Shown here: piece after piece, positions 7,597-17,742 of the stretch
How positions within the stretch are numbered: position 1 is the stretch's first letter
How the letters are laid out: every line of letters begins with the position of its first letter
Source of the DNA: an uncultured Methylomirabilota bacterium
GTDB taxonomy: Bacteria > Methylomirabilota > Methylomirabilia > Methylomirabilales > 2-02-FULL-66-22
DNA: 64,000 bases
Direction: 5' to 3'
Assembly: GCA_963705305.1 (NCBI GenBank)
Contig: OY970067.1
Span: forward strand, 3,584,001-3,648,000
Made by a program: the position numbers and the translations under genes
Notes under the pieces: model-generated
The model's input: only the letters and a program-made list of their open reading frames with translations
The model's database searches: none
Told to the model about the DNA's origin: nothing

Positions 7597-10353
7597 ATGG
7601 TCGAAACACCACCACATTTCGAAAGGCCGAGGCTGGTTGCAGGCGGAGAAGGGAAGCCCCTCCCGGGCGGCCGTCCGCTGAGACTCATCCTGGCCGCGGT
7701 GATCGTCGTCATCGCTCTCCTGGCGGTCATCTCGGGGTGGATCCAGAAGGGGCTGTGGATGCAGCAGCTCGGCTTTGCCGGGATTTTCTGGACACTCCTG
7801 TCGGTGCGCTGCGGACTGTTTTGCGCGGCGTTCGTCGTCGTGCTGCTGTACCTGTGGATCAACCTTCGCCTTGCGGCGAGAAACAGCCCCGGTTTCCGTG
7901 TGGGGAATGTGACCACCGATTCCAGCGTGGTCGTGGAACTCGGCGTCGAGATCCCACCCACGGTCGTGAAGCTGGCCACGGCCGCGGTCGCCGCGGTCGC
8001 CGCTATCCTCTTCGGGCTCCTGTTCTATGCGCAGTGGGACACCTATCTGCGCTTCCGGTATGGCGGCGCCTTCGGGCTGGCCGACCCGCTCTTCCGGGTC
8101 GACGTCGGGTACTACCTCTTCCGTCTCCCCTTTTGGGAGCTCGTGCAGAGCAGCTTGGCCGCATTGGCGCTGATCACATTCCTGGCCGTCCTGGTCGTCT
8201 CGGTGTATTTCGGGGCGCTGCGGCTCGGCCCCGGGGGCCAGGTGGAGGGCCGGAGCGCCACGGCCGTGTCCCATCTGGCCATCCTGCTCTTCGTCCTGGT
8301 CGCCAGCTGGGGGTGGGGGTTCTACCTGGACCACTACGAGCTCGTCTACTCCACGCAGGGTGTCGTGTACGGCGCCGGCTACACGGCGGACCACGTGACC
8401 CGGATCGCCTTCTGGGTGATGCTCGGCGCCTCGGCGGCCCTCTGCGCCCTGCTGGCGGTCGCGGTCGTCCGGCCACGGGTTCGACCGATCGTGATCGCGT
8501 CGGGGGTCTACGTGGCGTTGTACATCCTCGGAATCATGCTCCTGCCGAACCTCTTCCAGCGATTCACGGTCCAGCCGAGCGAGCTGGCCCTCGAAACCCC
8601 GTACCTCGCGCACAACATCGAGTACACGCGCAAAGCCTACCGCCTCGACGCCATCCAGGAGACCTCCTACCCGGCCCTGCCGGACCTGACCGCCGACGTG
8701 ATTGCGCGCAATGAGGACACCATCCAGAACATCCGGCTCTGGGACTGGCGTCCGCTGCTGCAGATGTACCAGCAGGCCCAGGAGATCCGGCTCTACTACC
8801 AGTTCTACCAGGTGGATGTGGACCGCTACCACCTGGCGGATGGGTACCACCAGGTGATGCTGTCCGCCCGCGAGCTGTCCGCGCAGCTCCCCGCCGAGGC
8901 CCAGACCTGGGTGAACCAGGAGCTGCAGTTCACCCACGGCTACGGCGTCGCCATGAGCTTCGTCTCGAAGGCGGTCGGGGGCGGCTTCCCGCAGTACCTC
9001 ATCGAGAACATCCCTCCCGAGTCCGCCTACGGCCTCCCCATCACCCAGCCGTCCATCTACTACGGCAGGTCGATGCCGGGCTACCGGATCGTCGCGACCG
9101 GGGTCAAGGAGCTCGACTACCCCAAGGGGAATCAGAACGTCTACACGAGTTACACCGGCACGGGCGGCATCCCGCTGGACCGCCTGTGGAAGCGGCTCCT
9201 GTTCGCCTGGACCCAATCCGACCCCAACATCCTGCTCACCTCGTATCTCCGGCCGGAGAGCCGGATTCAGCTCTGGCGGAACGTGTCCACCCGGGTGGCG
9301 CAGATCGCGCCGTTCCTGCAGCTCGACGGCGACCCGTACGCCGTGGTGAGCGAGGGCAAGCTGTACTGGATCCAGGATGCCTACACCGTCTCGGACCACT
9401 TCCCCTACGCCAGCCCCCACGCGGCGGGCTTCATGCAATCGCTGAACTACATCCGGAACTCCGTCAAGGTCGTGGTGGACATGTACGACGGCACGGTCCG
9501 GTTCTACGTCATGGATCCGACCGACCCCGTGTTGGCCGTCTACCGGCGGGCGTTCCCGGGCGTGTTCCAGGACCTGAGTCAGCTGTCGGCGGACCTGCGG
9601 GCCCACCTGCGGTACCCGGAGGACCTCTTCGCCATCCAGGCCGACCTGTACCGGACCTTCCACATGACGGTGCCGCAGGTCTTCTATAACCGGGAGGATC
9701 TCTGGGTGCCCCCCCAGGAGGAGTATGCGGGCAACACTCTCCCCATGCGGCCGTACTACATCCTGATGAAGCTCCCCGGCAGCGACCAGCTCGAGTACCT
9801 GCTCATGACCCCCTTCACGCCCCAGAACCGGGACAACATGATCGCCTGGATGGCCGTCCGGTGCGATGCGCCCGAGTACGGGAAGATGCTGTTCTACCAG
9901 CTCCCCAAGGAGAAGCTGATCTACGGCCCGATGCAGATCGAGGCGATGATCGATCAGAACACCACGATCTCCGAGCAGCTGAGCCTCTGGGACCAGAAGG
10001 GGTCGCGGGTCATCCGCGGGAACCTCATCCCGGTGCCGATCGAGAACTCCTTCCTGTATGTGGTGCCGGTGTACCTCACGGCGGCCGGCACGAACTTCCC
10101 CCAGCTCAAGCGCGTCATCGTGATTGCGGGGGACAAGGTGGCGATGGAGCCGACCCTCGATGAGGCCGTCCAGGCCGTCTTCGGGACCCAGCCCCCCGGG
10201 ACGCCCGCGCAGGCGGTCCGCCCGCAGCCGGAATTGGGCCAGGCGCAGGCACAGTTCGAGGCGGCCCAGCAGGCCATGCAGCAGGGGAACTGGGCAAGCT
10301 TCGGCAAGGCGATGGAGGCGCTCAAGCACGTGCTGACCGGCCCGGCGCGATAG
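7597..10353 (+). CDS. UPF0182 family membrane protein
   Basis: N-terminal TM helices and motifs DPLFRVDVGYYLFRLP, NIRLWD, VDRY, THGYG, NYIRNSVK, HLRYPEDLF and VIRGNL. Confidence 0.93.
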   Translation: MVETPPHFERPRLVAGGEGKPLPGGRPLRLILAAVIVVIALLAVISGWIQKGLWMQQLGFAGIFWTLLSVRCGLFCAAFVVVLLYLWINLRLAARNSPGFRVGNVTTDSSVVVELGVEIPPTVVKLATAAVAAVAAILFGLLFYAQWDTYLRFRYGGAFGLADPLFRVDVGYYLFRLPFWELVQSSLAALALITFLAVLVVSVYFGALRLGPGGQVEGRSATAVSHLAILLFVLVASWGWGFYLDHYELVYSTQGVVYGAGYTADHVTRIAFWVMLGASAALCALLAVAVVRPRVRPIVIASGVYVALYILGIMLLPNLFQRFTVQPSELALETPYLAHNIEYTRKAYRLDAIQETSYPALPDLTADVIARNEDTIQNIRLWDWRPLLQMYQQAQEIRLYYQFYQVDVDRYHLADGYHQVMLSARELSAQLPAEAQTWVNQELQFTHGYGVAMSFVSKAVGGGFPQYLIENIPPESAYGLPITQPSIYYGRSMPGYRIVATGVKELDYPKGNQNVYTSYTGTGGIPLDRLWKRLLFAWTQSDPNILLTSYLRPESRIQLWRNVSTRVAQIAPFLQLDGDPYAVVSEGKLYWIQDAYTVSDHFPYASPHAAGFMQSLNYIRNSVKVVVDMYDGTVRFYVMDPTDPVLAVYRRAFPGVFQDLSQLSADLRAHLRYPEDLFAIQADLYRTFHMTVPQVFYNREDLWVPPQEEYAGNTLPMRPYYILMKLPGSDQLEYLLMTPFTPQNRDNMIAWMAVRCDAPEYGKMLFYQLPKEKLIYGPMQIEAMIDQNTTISEQLSLWDQKGSRVIRGNLIPVPIENSFLYVVPVYLTAAGTNFPQLKRVIVIAGDKVAMEPTLDEAVQAVFGTQPPGTPAQAVRPQPELGQAQAQFEAAQQAMQQGNWASFGKAMEALKHVLTGPAR

Positions 10354-10452
10354 GGCCCACTCGCTGCCGCGGCTTCGCGGATCGCCCGTGCGCACAGTCG
10401 CCGGACTCGTGACATGCCTCCGAAGGCGTCGGCCACGGTCAGAGGAGCGACC

Positions 10453-11322
10453 ATGAAGATCAACTCAAAGGACTTCCGCGTGCGGCCGGGAGAGAATGTG
10501 ACGCTCAGGGCGCGGGCGACGGCCGTGAAGCCCTTCTACAAGTCCAAGAAGCAGTATCAAAAACTCCTGCAGGAGCACGTCGAGGAGCTGAGCGCGCTGC
10601 AGCACCTGCACTACGCGTCCAACCAGTATGCGGTGCTGTTGATTTTCCAGGCGATGGACGCCGCCGGCAAGGACGGAGCCATCCGACACGTCATGTCCGG
10701 GGTCAATCCGCAGGGCTGCCAGGTGTTCAGTTTCAAACAGCCGAGTGCCGAAGAGCTGAAGCACGATTTTCTCTGGCGCACGACCCGGTGTCTGCCGGAA
10801 CGGGGGCGGATCGGCATCTTCAACCGCTCCTACTACGAGGAGGTGCTCGTCGTGCGCGTGCATCCGGAGATCCTTCGCGGCCAGGGGCTCCCGGACGAGC
10901 TGCTCGACGAGAAGACCGTCTGGAAGGGACGGTATCGCTCCATCGTGGACCTGGAGGCGCACCTGCACCGCAACGGCACCCGGATCATCAAGTTCTATCT
11001 TCACCTCTCGCCGGAAGAGCAGCGCCGGCGGTTCCTAGAGCGGATCGATGAGCCCGAGAAGAATTGGAAGTTCAGCCAGGCCGACATCGAAGAGCGGAAG
11101 CTCTGGAGGCAATACACGAAGGCGTACGAAGAGTGCCTGAGCGAAACCAGCACGGAACACGGGCCGTGGTACATCGTGCCGGCCGACGATAAGGAAAATG
11201 CCCGGCTGATCATCTCGCAGATCATCATCGAGGCGATGAAAGCGCTCAAGATGCGTTACCCGGAGCCGACGGCGGCGCGGCGGAAAGAATTGTCGTCGAT
11301 TCGAAAGCAGCTCGCGAAGTAG
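10453..11322 (+). CDS. ppk2: Polyphosphate kinase 2 family protein (class III-like)
   Basis: [11 protein letters not shown]alker [37 protein letters not shown]. Confidence 0.92.
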   Translation: MKINSKDFRVRPGENVTLRARATAVKPFYKSKKQYQKLLQEHVEELSALQHLHYASNQYAVLLIFQAMDAAGKDGAIRHVMSGVNPQGCQVFSFKQPSAEELKHDFLWRTTRCLPERGRIGIFNRSYYEEVLVVRVHPEILRGQGLPDELLDEKTVWKGRYRSIVDLEAHLHRNGTRIIKFYLHLSPEEQRRRFLERIDEPEKNWKFSQADIEERKLWRQYTKAYEECLSETSTEHGPWYIVPADDKENARLIISQIIIEAMKALKMRYPEPTAARRKELSSIRKQLAK

Positions 11323-11464
11323 GCGCAGGCGTCCCGCAGCCGTCATCGCCTGCCCGGGTCCCGAGTGCCGCAGAGCAGAGGGTGGACGCGCCGGCGGGCG
11401 CAGTCGGAGGGGCTCTCGCGGCGCTGCCGGCGCATCTTCGAGTCTGCCGCGAAGGAGCGACGCC

Positions 11465-12235
11465 ATGAGTGAGCAGCACGATCACAGGAAGAGCATCGTC
11501 GAACAGTTCACGCTCCAGGCTGCTCCGTTCGCCCAAAAGATGGCGCTGTCGACGGAACAGGCGCCCCAGCTCTACCGCGAGCTGAGCGGGCTCGCGAGCA
11601 CCGATACGGTGCTCGACGTTGCCTGCGGCCCCGGACTGGTGGCCTGCGCCTTCGCCGGCATCGCCCGGCACGTGACCGGCCTCGACATCACCCCCGCCAT
11701 GATCGCGCAGGCCCAGAAACTCCAGGCGGAACGGGGGCTGCGGAATCTCACGTGGAAGCTGGGCGAGGCGATCCCCCTCCCATTCTCCGACAACGCCTTC
11801 TCCCTGGTCTTTACGCGCTTCTCTTTCCATCACTTCGTCGACCCGGCTGCGGTGCTGCGAGAGATGCTGCGGGTCTGCCTTCCGGACGGCACGGTCATGG
11901 TTGCGGACGTGGCCCTGCCGCCTGACAAGGTCGACGCCTACAACCGGCTGGAGCGGCTGCGCGACCCCTCCCACACCCGCGCGCTCACCCCCGGCGAACT
12001 CGCCGCCACGGCCCAGCAGGCCGGGCTGCGGGAGATCCGCACCGGTTTCCACCAGGTGGAGTTGGAGCTGGAGCGCCAGCTCCAGGCCTCGTTCCCCCTG
12101 CCGGGGGACGAGGAGAAGATTCGACGGCTGTTCCGGGAGGATCTGGGCCGCGATGCCCTGGGGGTGGGGGCCCATCTGCGCGGAGCAGAGATCTGGTATG
12201 CGATACCGGTCCTGGCCCTGGCCGGGAAGAAATAG
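11465..12235 (+). CDS. Class I SAM-dependent methyltransferase
   Basis: VLDVACGPG motif I, LPFSDNAFSLV, RFSFHHF and RDPSH. Confidence 0.9.
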   Translation: MSEQHDHRKSIVEQFTLQAAPFAQKMALSTEQAPQLYRELSGLASTDTVLDVACGPGLVACAFAGIARHVTGLDITPAMIAQAQKLQAERGLRNLTWKLGEAIPLPFSDNAFSLVFTRFSFHHFVDPAAVLREMLRVCLPDGTVMVADVALPPDKVDAYNRLERLRDPSHTRALTPGELAATAQQAGLREIRTGFHQVELELERQLQASFPLPGDEEKIRRLFREDLGRDALGVGAHLRGAEIWYAIPVLALAGKK

Positions 12236-12299
12236 AGGAGGGGGAGCATCCGCGATTTCGACACCAGCATCCTGTGGGCCGCGTGGACCCTATCCATCT

Positions 12300-12412
12300 A
12301 CGCGGGAGACCAATCCCATTCTGGACATGACCCTGCTGAAGTCCACCCCCTTCCTGGCGGCCAATCTCTACAACATGATGGTCGGGGCGGGCATCTTCGG
12401 GGTGGTCTCCTC
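12300..12412 (+). pseudogene. Short remnant of a DHA2-type MFS gene
   Basis: One frame reads RETNPILDMTLLKSTPFLAANLYNMMVGAGIFGVVS, resembling the central P-x-L-D-x-x-L loop of 14-TM MFS proteins. It has no start and no continuation. Confidence 0.5.
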
Positions 12413-12529
12413 ATGCCGATCGGCAAGCAGGGCTGGGGACCGGTGGTGGCGCGCTGACGCGCGCCGGGGTGCGGTGCAAGGCGGGGGTCGTCAGGATGCT
12501 GTAGTCCCGCGTTGAATGGGGGGTGCCGC

Positions 12530-13695
12530 ATGAAAAAGGCAGAGATGACGTTCTCGCGAGCGGGTGAGAGCCGCCCTCGATCACCAGGAGCCCGATCGCG
12601 TGCCGATCGATCTGGGCCAGGCGGTTGGCGACGGGATCACCCTCACCGCCTATCGGAACCTCCTCCGGCACCTGGGGATGGACGACCAATCGATCCAGGT
12701 GAAGGACCGGCGCGGCCAGACGGCGAGAGTCGATGAGGCGGTCCTCCGGCGATTTCGGGTGGATGTGCGCGGCATCGGGTTGAGCGGCCCGGAGAACCGG
12801 ACGGACGTCTCGGCTGGATGACCGGACGTACCAGGATGAGTGGGGAGTCGTCCGGACCATGCCGCCAGGGGCGTTTTATTTCGATCTGATCCGCGCCCCT
12901 CTCGCCGAGGCCGCCGGCCTGTCCACCATCGACTGCTACCGCTGGCCGGACCCCCACGACCCGGGACGGACCCGCGGCCTTGGCGAGAGGGCCCGCCGCC
13001 TCCACCGCGAGACCGAGTATGCGGTCGTCGTGGATCTGAACTGCTCCTTCTTCCTGCGCTGCTGCGAGCTGCGGGGCTGGGAGAATTTCTACATGGATCT
13101 CGTCTCCGACGTCGAGTTCGCCGAGGCGCTGATGGACCGCTACCTCGACTTCCGCCTGGCCGTGGCGGGCCGGGCGCTCCAGGAGGTGGAGGATCACGTC
13201 GACGTCGTCATGGTGTCGAGCGACGACCTGGGGGGGACCGTCCAGACGCTGATCTCGCCGGCGCTTTATCGATCCCTCATCAAGCCCCGCCAGCAGCGGA
13301 CCTTCGATTTCTTCAAGGCGCGCACCGATGCCAAGCTGTACTTCCATACCGACGGAGCCGTGTACCCGCTGATCCCCGATTTCATCGAATTGGGGGTGGA
13401 CGCGCTCAACCCGATCCAGGTGTCGGCCGCGGGCATGGGCGACACCAGAAAATTGAAGGCGGAGTTCGGGGACACGCTGACGTTCTGGGGGGCCATCGAC
13501 ACGCACCGGGTGCTCCCCTACGGCACCCCGCAAGCGGTGCGGGAGGAGGTCAGGGGTCGCATCCGGGACCTGGGGCCGGGCGGCGGCTACGTCGTCTGCC
13601 CCGTCCACAACATCCAGCCGGAGGTGCCGCCGGAGAACGTCGTCGCCATGTACGACGCGGCCTACGAGTTCGGCCGGTACCCGCTGCAGGTGTAG
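12530..13695 (+). pseudogene. Uroporphyrinogen decarboxylase (URO-D/MtaA-CmuA) family gene with two +1 frameshifts
   Basis: MKKAEMT, one extra base near 12551, SRERVRAALDHQEPDRVPIDLG, a second extra base near 12810, RLDDRTYQDEWGVVRT, then intact C-terminal motifs (SDDLG, FHTDG, NPIQVSA, WGAID, PVHNIQPEVPPEN). Confidence 0.85.
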
Positions 13696-13934
13696 GCGCC
13701 CCCCAGCGCTCGGAAGCCCTCCGGCTTCCTCGGGGGGACGTTGTTGACTCAGTTGACATACTTCATCGCAGGGACTCGAGCGGCTTCAGGATGGCAACAT
13801 GTTCGGATGGCCCGCACATCCGCCCTCGGGCCGGCTGGCCCGCGTGACATTTCAGAAAGGCTCTGCTATAAGGGCTCGACGCCCATAGGCCGCCCGTTTC
13901 GATCTCTGTTGATCTGCACGCAGGGAGGTGCGCC

Positions 13935-15110
13935 GTGGCACAGGAGTTCCAGTCTCCGTCCAAGATCATCACCGGCGACGGATCCGCCAGGGAAGTCGGC
14001 GCTCAAGCCAAGGCCCTGGGTGCCAGGCGGGTGGTCCTGGTGACCGACAAGATTTTGCACGGGAAGACCGATGCCGTGTCGAGCGCAGTGGCGTGCCTGA
14101 AAGATTCCGGCCTCGCCGTCGAGGTCTTCGACGATGTCGAGCCCGATCCCATGGTCGGCACCGCGCGGCGCAGCGCTGAGTTCTCGCGCACGGTTGCGCC
14201 GGATCTGGTGGTCGGGCTGGGCGGGGGGAGCCCGCTTGACATCGCCAAGGCGACGGCGGCCATTCTGGCGAATCAAACACCCCTGGAGCAGATGTGGGGG
14301 GTCGGAAACGTCCCGCAGCCGGCCCTCCCTATGATCCTGCTGCCCACGACGGCGGGAACCGGCAGCGAGGTCACGCCGAACTGCATCCTGGCCGATGTCA
14401 AGGCCGATGGCGGGCACATGAAGAAAGGAATCGTCAGCCCGCACATCCTGGCGCGGACGGCGATCGTGGATCCGCTTCTCACCGCCACCGCCCCGCCCGC
14501 CGTGACCGCAGCCGCCGGGATGGATGCCTTGACGCATGCCGTTGAGACTTACGTCTCGCGGAGCGCCCAGCCCTTGACGATGCCCTTGGCGCTGGAAGCC
14601 ATCCGGCTGATCGGCAGGTACCTGCGCCGTGCGGTCGCCAACGGGGGCGACCTCGAGGCGCGGCGCCACATGGCCAACGCCAGCATGATGGCGGGCCTGG
14701 CCTTCGCCAACGGGTTCCTGGGGGGCGTGCATGCCATCGCCATGGCGATGGGCGGCCAGTTCGGCGTGGCGCACGGCGTCGCCAACGCCCTGATGCTTCC
14801 CTACGTCATGGAGTTCAACGAAATGGCCGCCACGGAGAAATTCGCCAGGATCGCCGAGGCGCTGGGCGAGCCCACCGAGGGCCTCTCCCTGCGGGAGGCG
14901 GCCCGCTGCGCGGCACAGGCCGTCCACCAGCTCGTCATGGATGTCGGGCTGCCGCACATCCTGGCGGACGTCAAGATCTCGAAGGAGGGACTCCCGGCGC
15001 TGGCCGAGGAGTCATTCAGCAACCAGCGACTGCTCAAGAACAACCCGCGGACTGCGACCGTCCAGGACCTGCGCGGCATCTTGGAGGCGGCGTCCGGCGC
15101 GAAGGGCTGA
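13935..15110 (+). CDS. Iron-containing alcohol dehydrogenase family protein
   Basis: GGGSPLD, PTTAGTGSEVT, DALTHAVE, GGVHAIA and HGVANA motifs. Confidence 0.93.
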   Translation: MAQEFQSPSKIITGDGSAREVGAQAKALGARRVVLVTDKILHGKTDAVSSAVACLKDSGLAVEVFDDVEPDPMVGTARRSAEFSRTVAPDLVVGLGGGSPLDIAKATAAILANQTPLEQMWGVGNVPQPALPMILLPTTAGTGSEVTPNCILADVKADGGHMKKGIVSPHILARTAIVDPLLTATAPPAVTAAAGMDALTHAVETYVSRSAQPLTMPLALEAIRLIGRYLRRAVANGGDLEARRHMANASMMAGLAFANGFLGGVHAIAMAMGGQFGVAHGVANALMLPYVMEFNEMAATEKFARIAEALGEPTEGLSLREAARCAAQAVHQLVMDVGLPHILADVKISKEGLPALAEESFSNQRLLKNNPRTATVQDLRGILEAASGAKG

Positions 15111-15206
15111 CCTCGGTTCCGGGTCGGCGGCCCCACGTTTTCCCGGCCGGTCGGAGCACTGCGGGCGGGATTCGACCCCCCCGGGGGGCGTCGGATCCGA
15201 TCCGGC

Positions 15207-15410
15207 ATGGCGCGCCAGAACTTTTGCCGTCCCCGCCTTGGCCCCTGCATCCCCCGGTACCACGTGGTCGTGCCGATTCGCTACCGGGCGATCCGACACC
15301 CGGCAGCGGCCAAGCGCCAGGGATGGACCTCCAGCCTGAGCCAGACGGATGCCTGCCTGGAAGTTCCCGAGTTGCTGCCCCTCCACGCGTCTTTGGCGAG
15401 CATCTCCCGG
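15207..15410 (+). pseudogene. Degenerate PilZ-domain gene remnant
   Basis: PRYHVVVPIRYR...GWTSSLSQTDACLEVPELL follows the PilZ pattern (RxxxR...[D/N]xSxxG) with both motifs eroded; the frame then drifts into non-coding-like sequence. Confidence 0.45.
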
Positions 15411-15714
15411 AGCAACGGGAAGCTCTGCACAGTTTTTGGCGAGCAGAAGGTGCTCACGGTAGGCGCTCGGCAGAGCGCCCATGCGAACCTTTGCGAGCGT
15501 TCCCCGGCGTGTGTCACTTTCGCCAACCCCTGCCAAAAGTATCCACCGACATCGGATGGGCCAAATGACAAAGAGTTAGCGCACTGTCGGCGCCGCCCTC
15601 GCGCCCGCTTGGCCTGCCATTGGCACGCGCCGCTCGTTCCTTGATCTGCCCTTCGTCCGGCTGCGGCCCAGCGTTTTCGGCTACTTTCCTCCCGCGTGGA
15701 CCCGGGAGGTCCGG

Positions 15715-15730
15715 TGGCATGCTCCGTGCG
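15715..15730 (+). promoter_or_regulatory. Candidate sigma54 (-24/-12) promoter
   Basis: TGGCATGCTCCGTGCG has exact GG-N10-GC spacing, about 120 nt upstream of ATG 15849. TGTCA/TGCCA/TGACA half-sites lie at 15512-15570. Confidence 0.55.
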
Positions 15731-15848
15731 TACCCAGGGCGCATGCGCGTCAGGGAAGAGGACCATCAACCCCCGGCGGCATCCAGGAGAGTCCGCCCGG
15801 CGTCAGCCGCGGGCTTCACGACCAGAGGGCAGATCGAGAGGAGGCGCG

Positions 15849-16127
15849 ATGCCGACCATTGTGCAGTACACGGACCGGAAACAGCCCGAGAACCACTACC
15901 CGGAGCGCATCATCTCACCGCCGCAGTCGGGACCCTGCTGCTTCTCGGACATGGAGGAGATTGGCGAGCCCCTGCGGGACGGCAACTGGGAGTATGTATA
16001 CAAACGCTGCCGGACGTGCGGGTTCACCGTGCGGGTGATGCTGCGTGAGCTCCCCGATGAGGCGCTTGTTGCCGAGCTGCGAAAGATCCTGGCGGTCTCC
16101 TTCCAGCGGAATGTGCCGGTGTTCTGA
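15849..16127 (+). CDS. 92-aa Cys-rich hypothetical protein (CC-x22-CxxC), copy B
   Basis: GAGGAGG RBS; paralog of 4746-5024. Confidence 0.87.
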   Translation: MPTIVQYTDRKQPENHYPERIISPPQSGPCCFSDMEEIGEPLRDGNWEYVYKRCRTCGFTVRVMLRELPDEALVAELRKILAVSFQRNVPVF

Positions 16128-16161
16128 TGCGCGGGCGACCGCAGTGGGGAAGGAGATCGAG

Positions 16162-16730
16162 ATGAACATCGGGGAGCCCTGAGCACCTGGGTCCGGCAAC
16201 TCCTCTCCCGCCCCCGGCAGACCCATACGGCCCCGACCTGGAAGTGCGGGTGTGGGACCTATGCACTGGTCCGACCCGCCAGCGCCGACGCCGCGGAGCT
16301 GGGGCCGCAGATCTGCCAGCGCGGCCTCCTGGATCAGAGCATTCGAGTCTTCGGGGGTGTGCTGCTCTGGGGGCGGGTGGTCCAGCACGAGCGCGGATAC
16401 CGGGCCGAGTATGCGCGGCCGCTGTCGCTGCTGGCGGATCCGACCCTCTCCCGGAGAGGCTTCATCCCGACTATGCTTGATGCGGCCGCGGAGCGCTACT
16501 CCCTTCGGATCGTCGGCTGTGTCGAGGACCTCGTCCGGCGCGCCGGACGGCCCGCCTCTCCTGCGAATTCCCGCCCTGATCCGATGTCCAATACCTCGCC
16601 AAGATCGCCCAGTTTCGAAATCCGAATTTCCACATTCGAAATTGCCTCGGGCCGGTCTCGCCTCGCCTCAATTCCTCCTCCCGACATTCGCGGGACCGGG
16701 CGTAGACGGGGCGGACAGGCGATGGTATGA
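16162..16730 (+). pseudogene. Truncated hypothetical protein with HxAPx3CxCGxYA and LWGRVVxHxxGYRAEYA motifs
   Basis: AGGAG plus ATG 16162 gives MNIGEP-stop. The neighbouring frame has HTAPTWKCGCGTYA...VFGGVLLWGRVVQHERGYRAEYARPLSL but no start codon upstream of these motifs. Confidence 0.5.
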
Positions 16731-16795
16731 TCCGGCAACTGCAGGCGCAAGATCCCCGGAAAACAGCTTCATCGAGAGGACCAAGGAGAAGCGCG

Positions 16796-17545
16796 ATGGG
16801 CAGACTGGAAGGTCAGGCGGCCATCATCATGGGTGCAAGCAGCGGCATGGGACGGGCGACCGCACTCGCCTTTGCCCAAGAAGGGGCGAAGATCGTGATC
16901 GCGGCCCGACGGCAGGCCGAGATCGAGAAACTGGGCGCGGAGATCACGCAGGCCGGCGGGCAGGTGGTGGCAATGGCGGCGGACGTGAGCAGGCGTCCGG
17001 ATGTGGATGCGGTTGTGCGCACGGCCGTGGATCGGTTCGGCAGAGTGGACGTCCTCGTGAACTCCGCCGGGGTGAACACCCGGGACCGGCAGCTCGACCG
17101 CCTCGACCAGGCCGGCTGGGACCGGATCATCGCCATCAACCTGACCGGAGCTCTGCACTGCACGCAGGCCGTCCTGTCGAGGATGCGCGAGCAGAAGGGC
17201 GGGCTCATCATCCACGTCACTTCCATCTCGGGGCTCTGGGGGGACCTCTCCGGCCCGGCCTACCAGGCCAGCAAGCACGGCCTGGTGGGGCTGGCCAACG
17301 CCACGATGATGGAAGAGCGGCTCAACGGCATCCGCGTCACGCTCATCTATCCCGGCCTCTGCGACACGCCCATCCTGGACAACCGGCCGGTGCCGCCGAC
17401 CCGGGAGCAGCGCGCCCTGATGATGAAGCCGGAGGACATCGCCCAGGCCTGCGTGTTTGCCGCCAGCCTGCCGCCCCGGACCTACGTCTCGGATCTGGTG
17501 CTGATGCCGGGTGCGCTCCAGTGCAACGGGCACCCGATGGCATAG
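16796..17545 (+). CDS. SDR family oxidoreductase
   Basis: GASSGMG, VNSAG and catalytic YQASK. Confidence 0.93.
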   Translation: MGRLEGQAAIIMGASSGMGRATALAFAQEGAKIVIAARRQAEIEKLGAEITQAGGQVVAMAADVSRRPDVDAVVRTAVDRFGRVDVLVNSAGVNTRDRQLDRLDQAGWDRIIAINLTGALHCTQAVLSRMREQKGGLIIHVTSISGLWGDLSGPAYQASKHGLVGLANATMMEERLNGIRVTLIYPGLCDTPILDNRPVPPTREQRALMMKPEDIAQACVFAASLPPRTYVSDLVLMPGALQCNGHPMA

Positions 17546-17742
17546 GCGGAGGGGAGACCTTTCATCTGGTGGCGCTTGGCACTCCCGAATCCTCGTTCCT
17601 CTGACGCCGCCCTGCGTCGAGAACGAGAAATCGCTCGAGTGTTGCACAGGTCGGACGAGATGGCACGGAGGAGGCAGGGGCAGGCCGCCGCTCCTATGCG
17701 TCCCGAACCAGAGAATCCCAACGCCAACCTGGAGGGAGCGGG

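Noticed and set aside
7084..10395. 1103-aa minus-strand ORF, and similar long antisense ORFs at 34813-37413, 38646-41063 and 55579-58755
   Set aside because: These are shadows of well-supported genes on the opposite strand. They are expected in high-GC coding DNA and show no family motifs.
15621..15640. TGGCACG as a second sigma54 site
   Set aside because: There is no GC at the -12 position with the required spacing.
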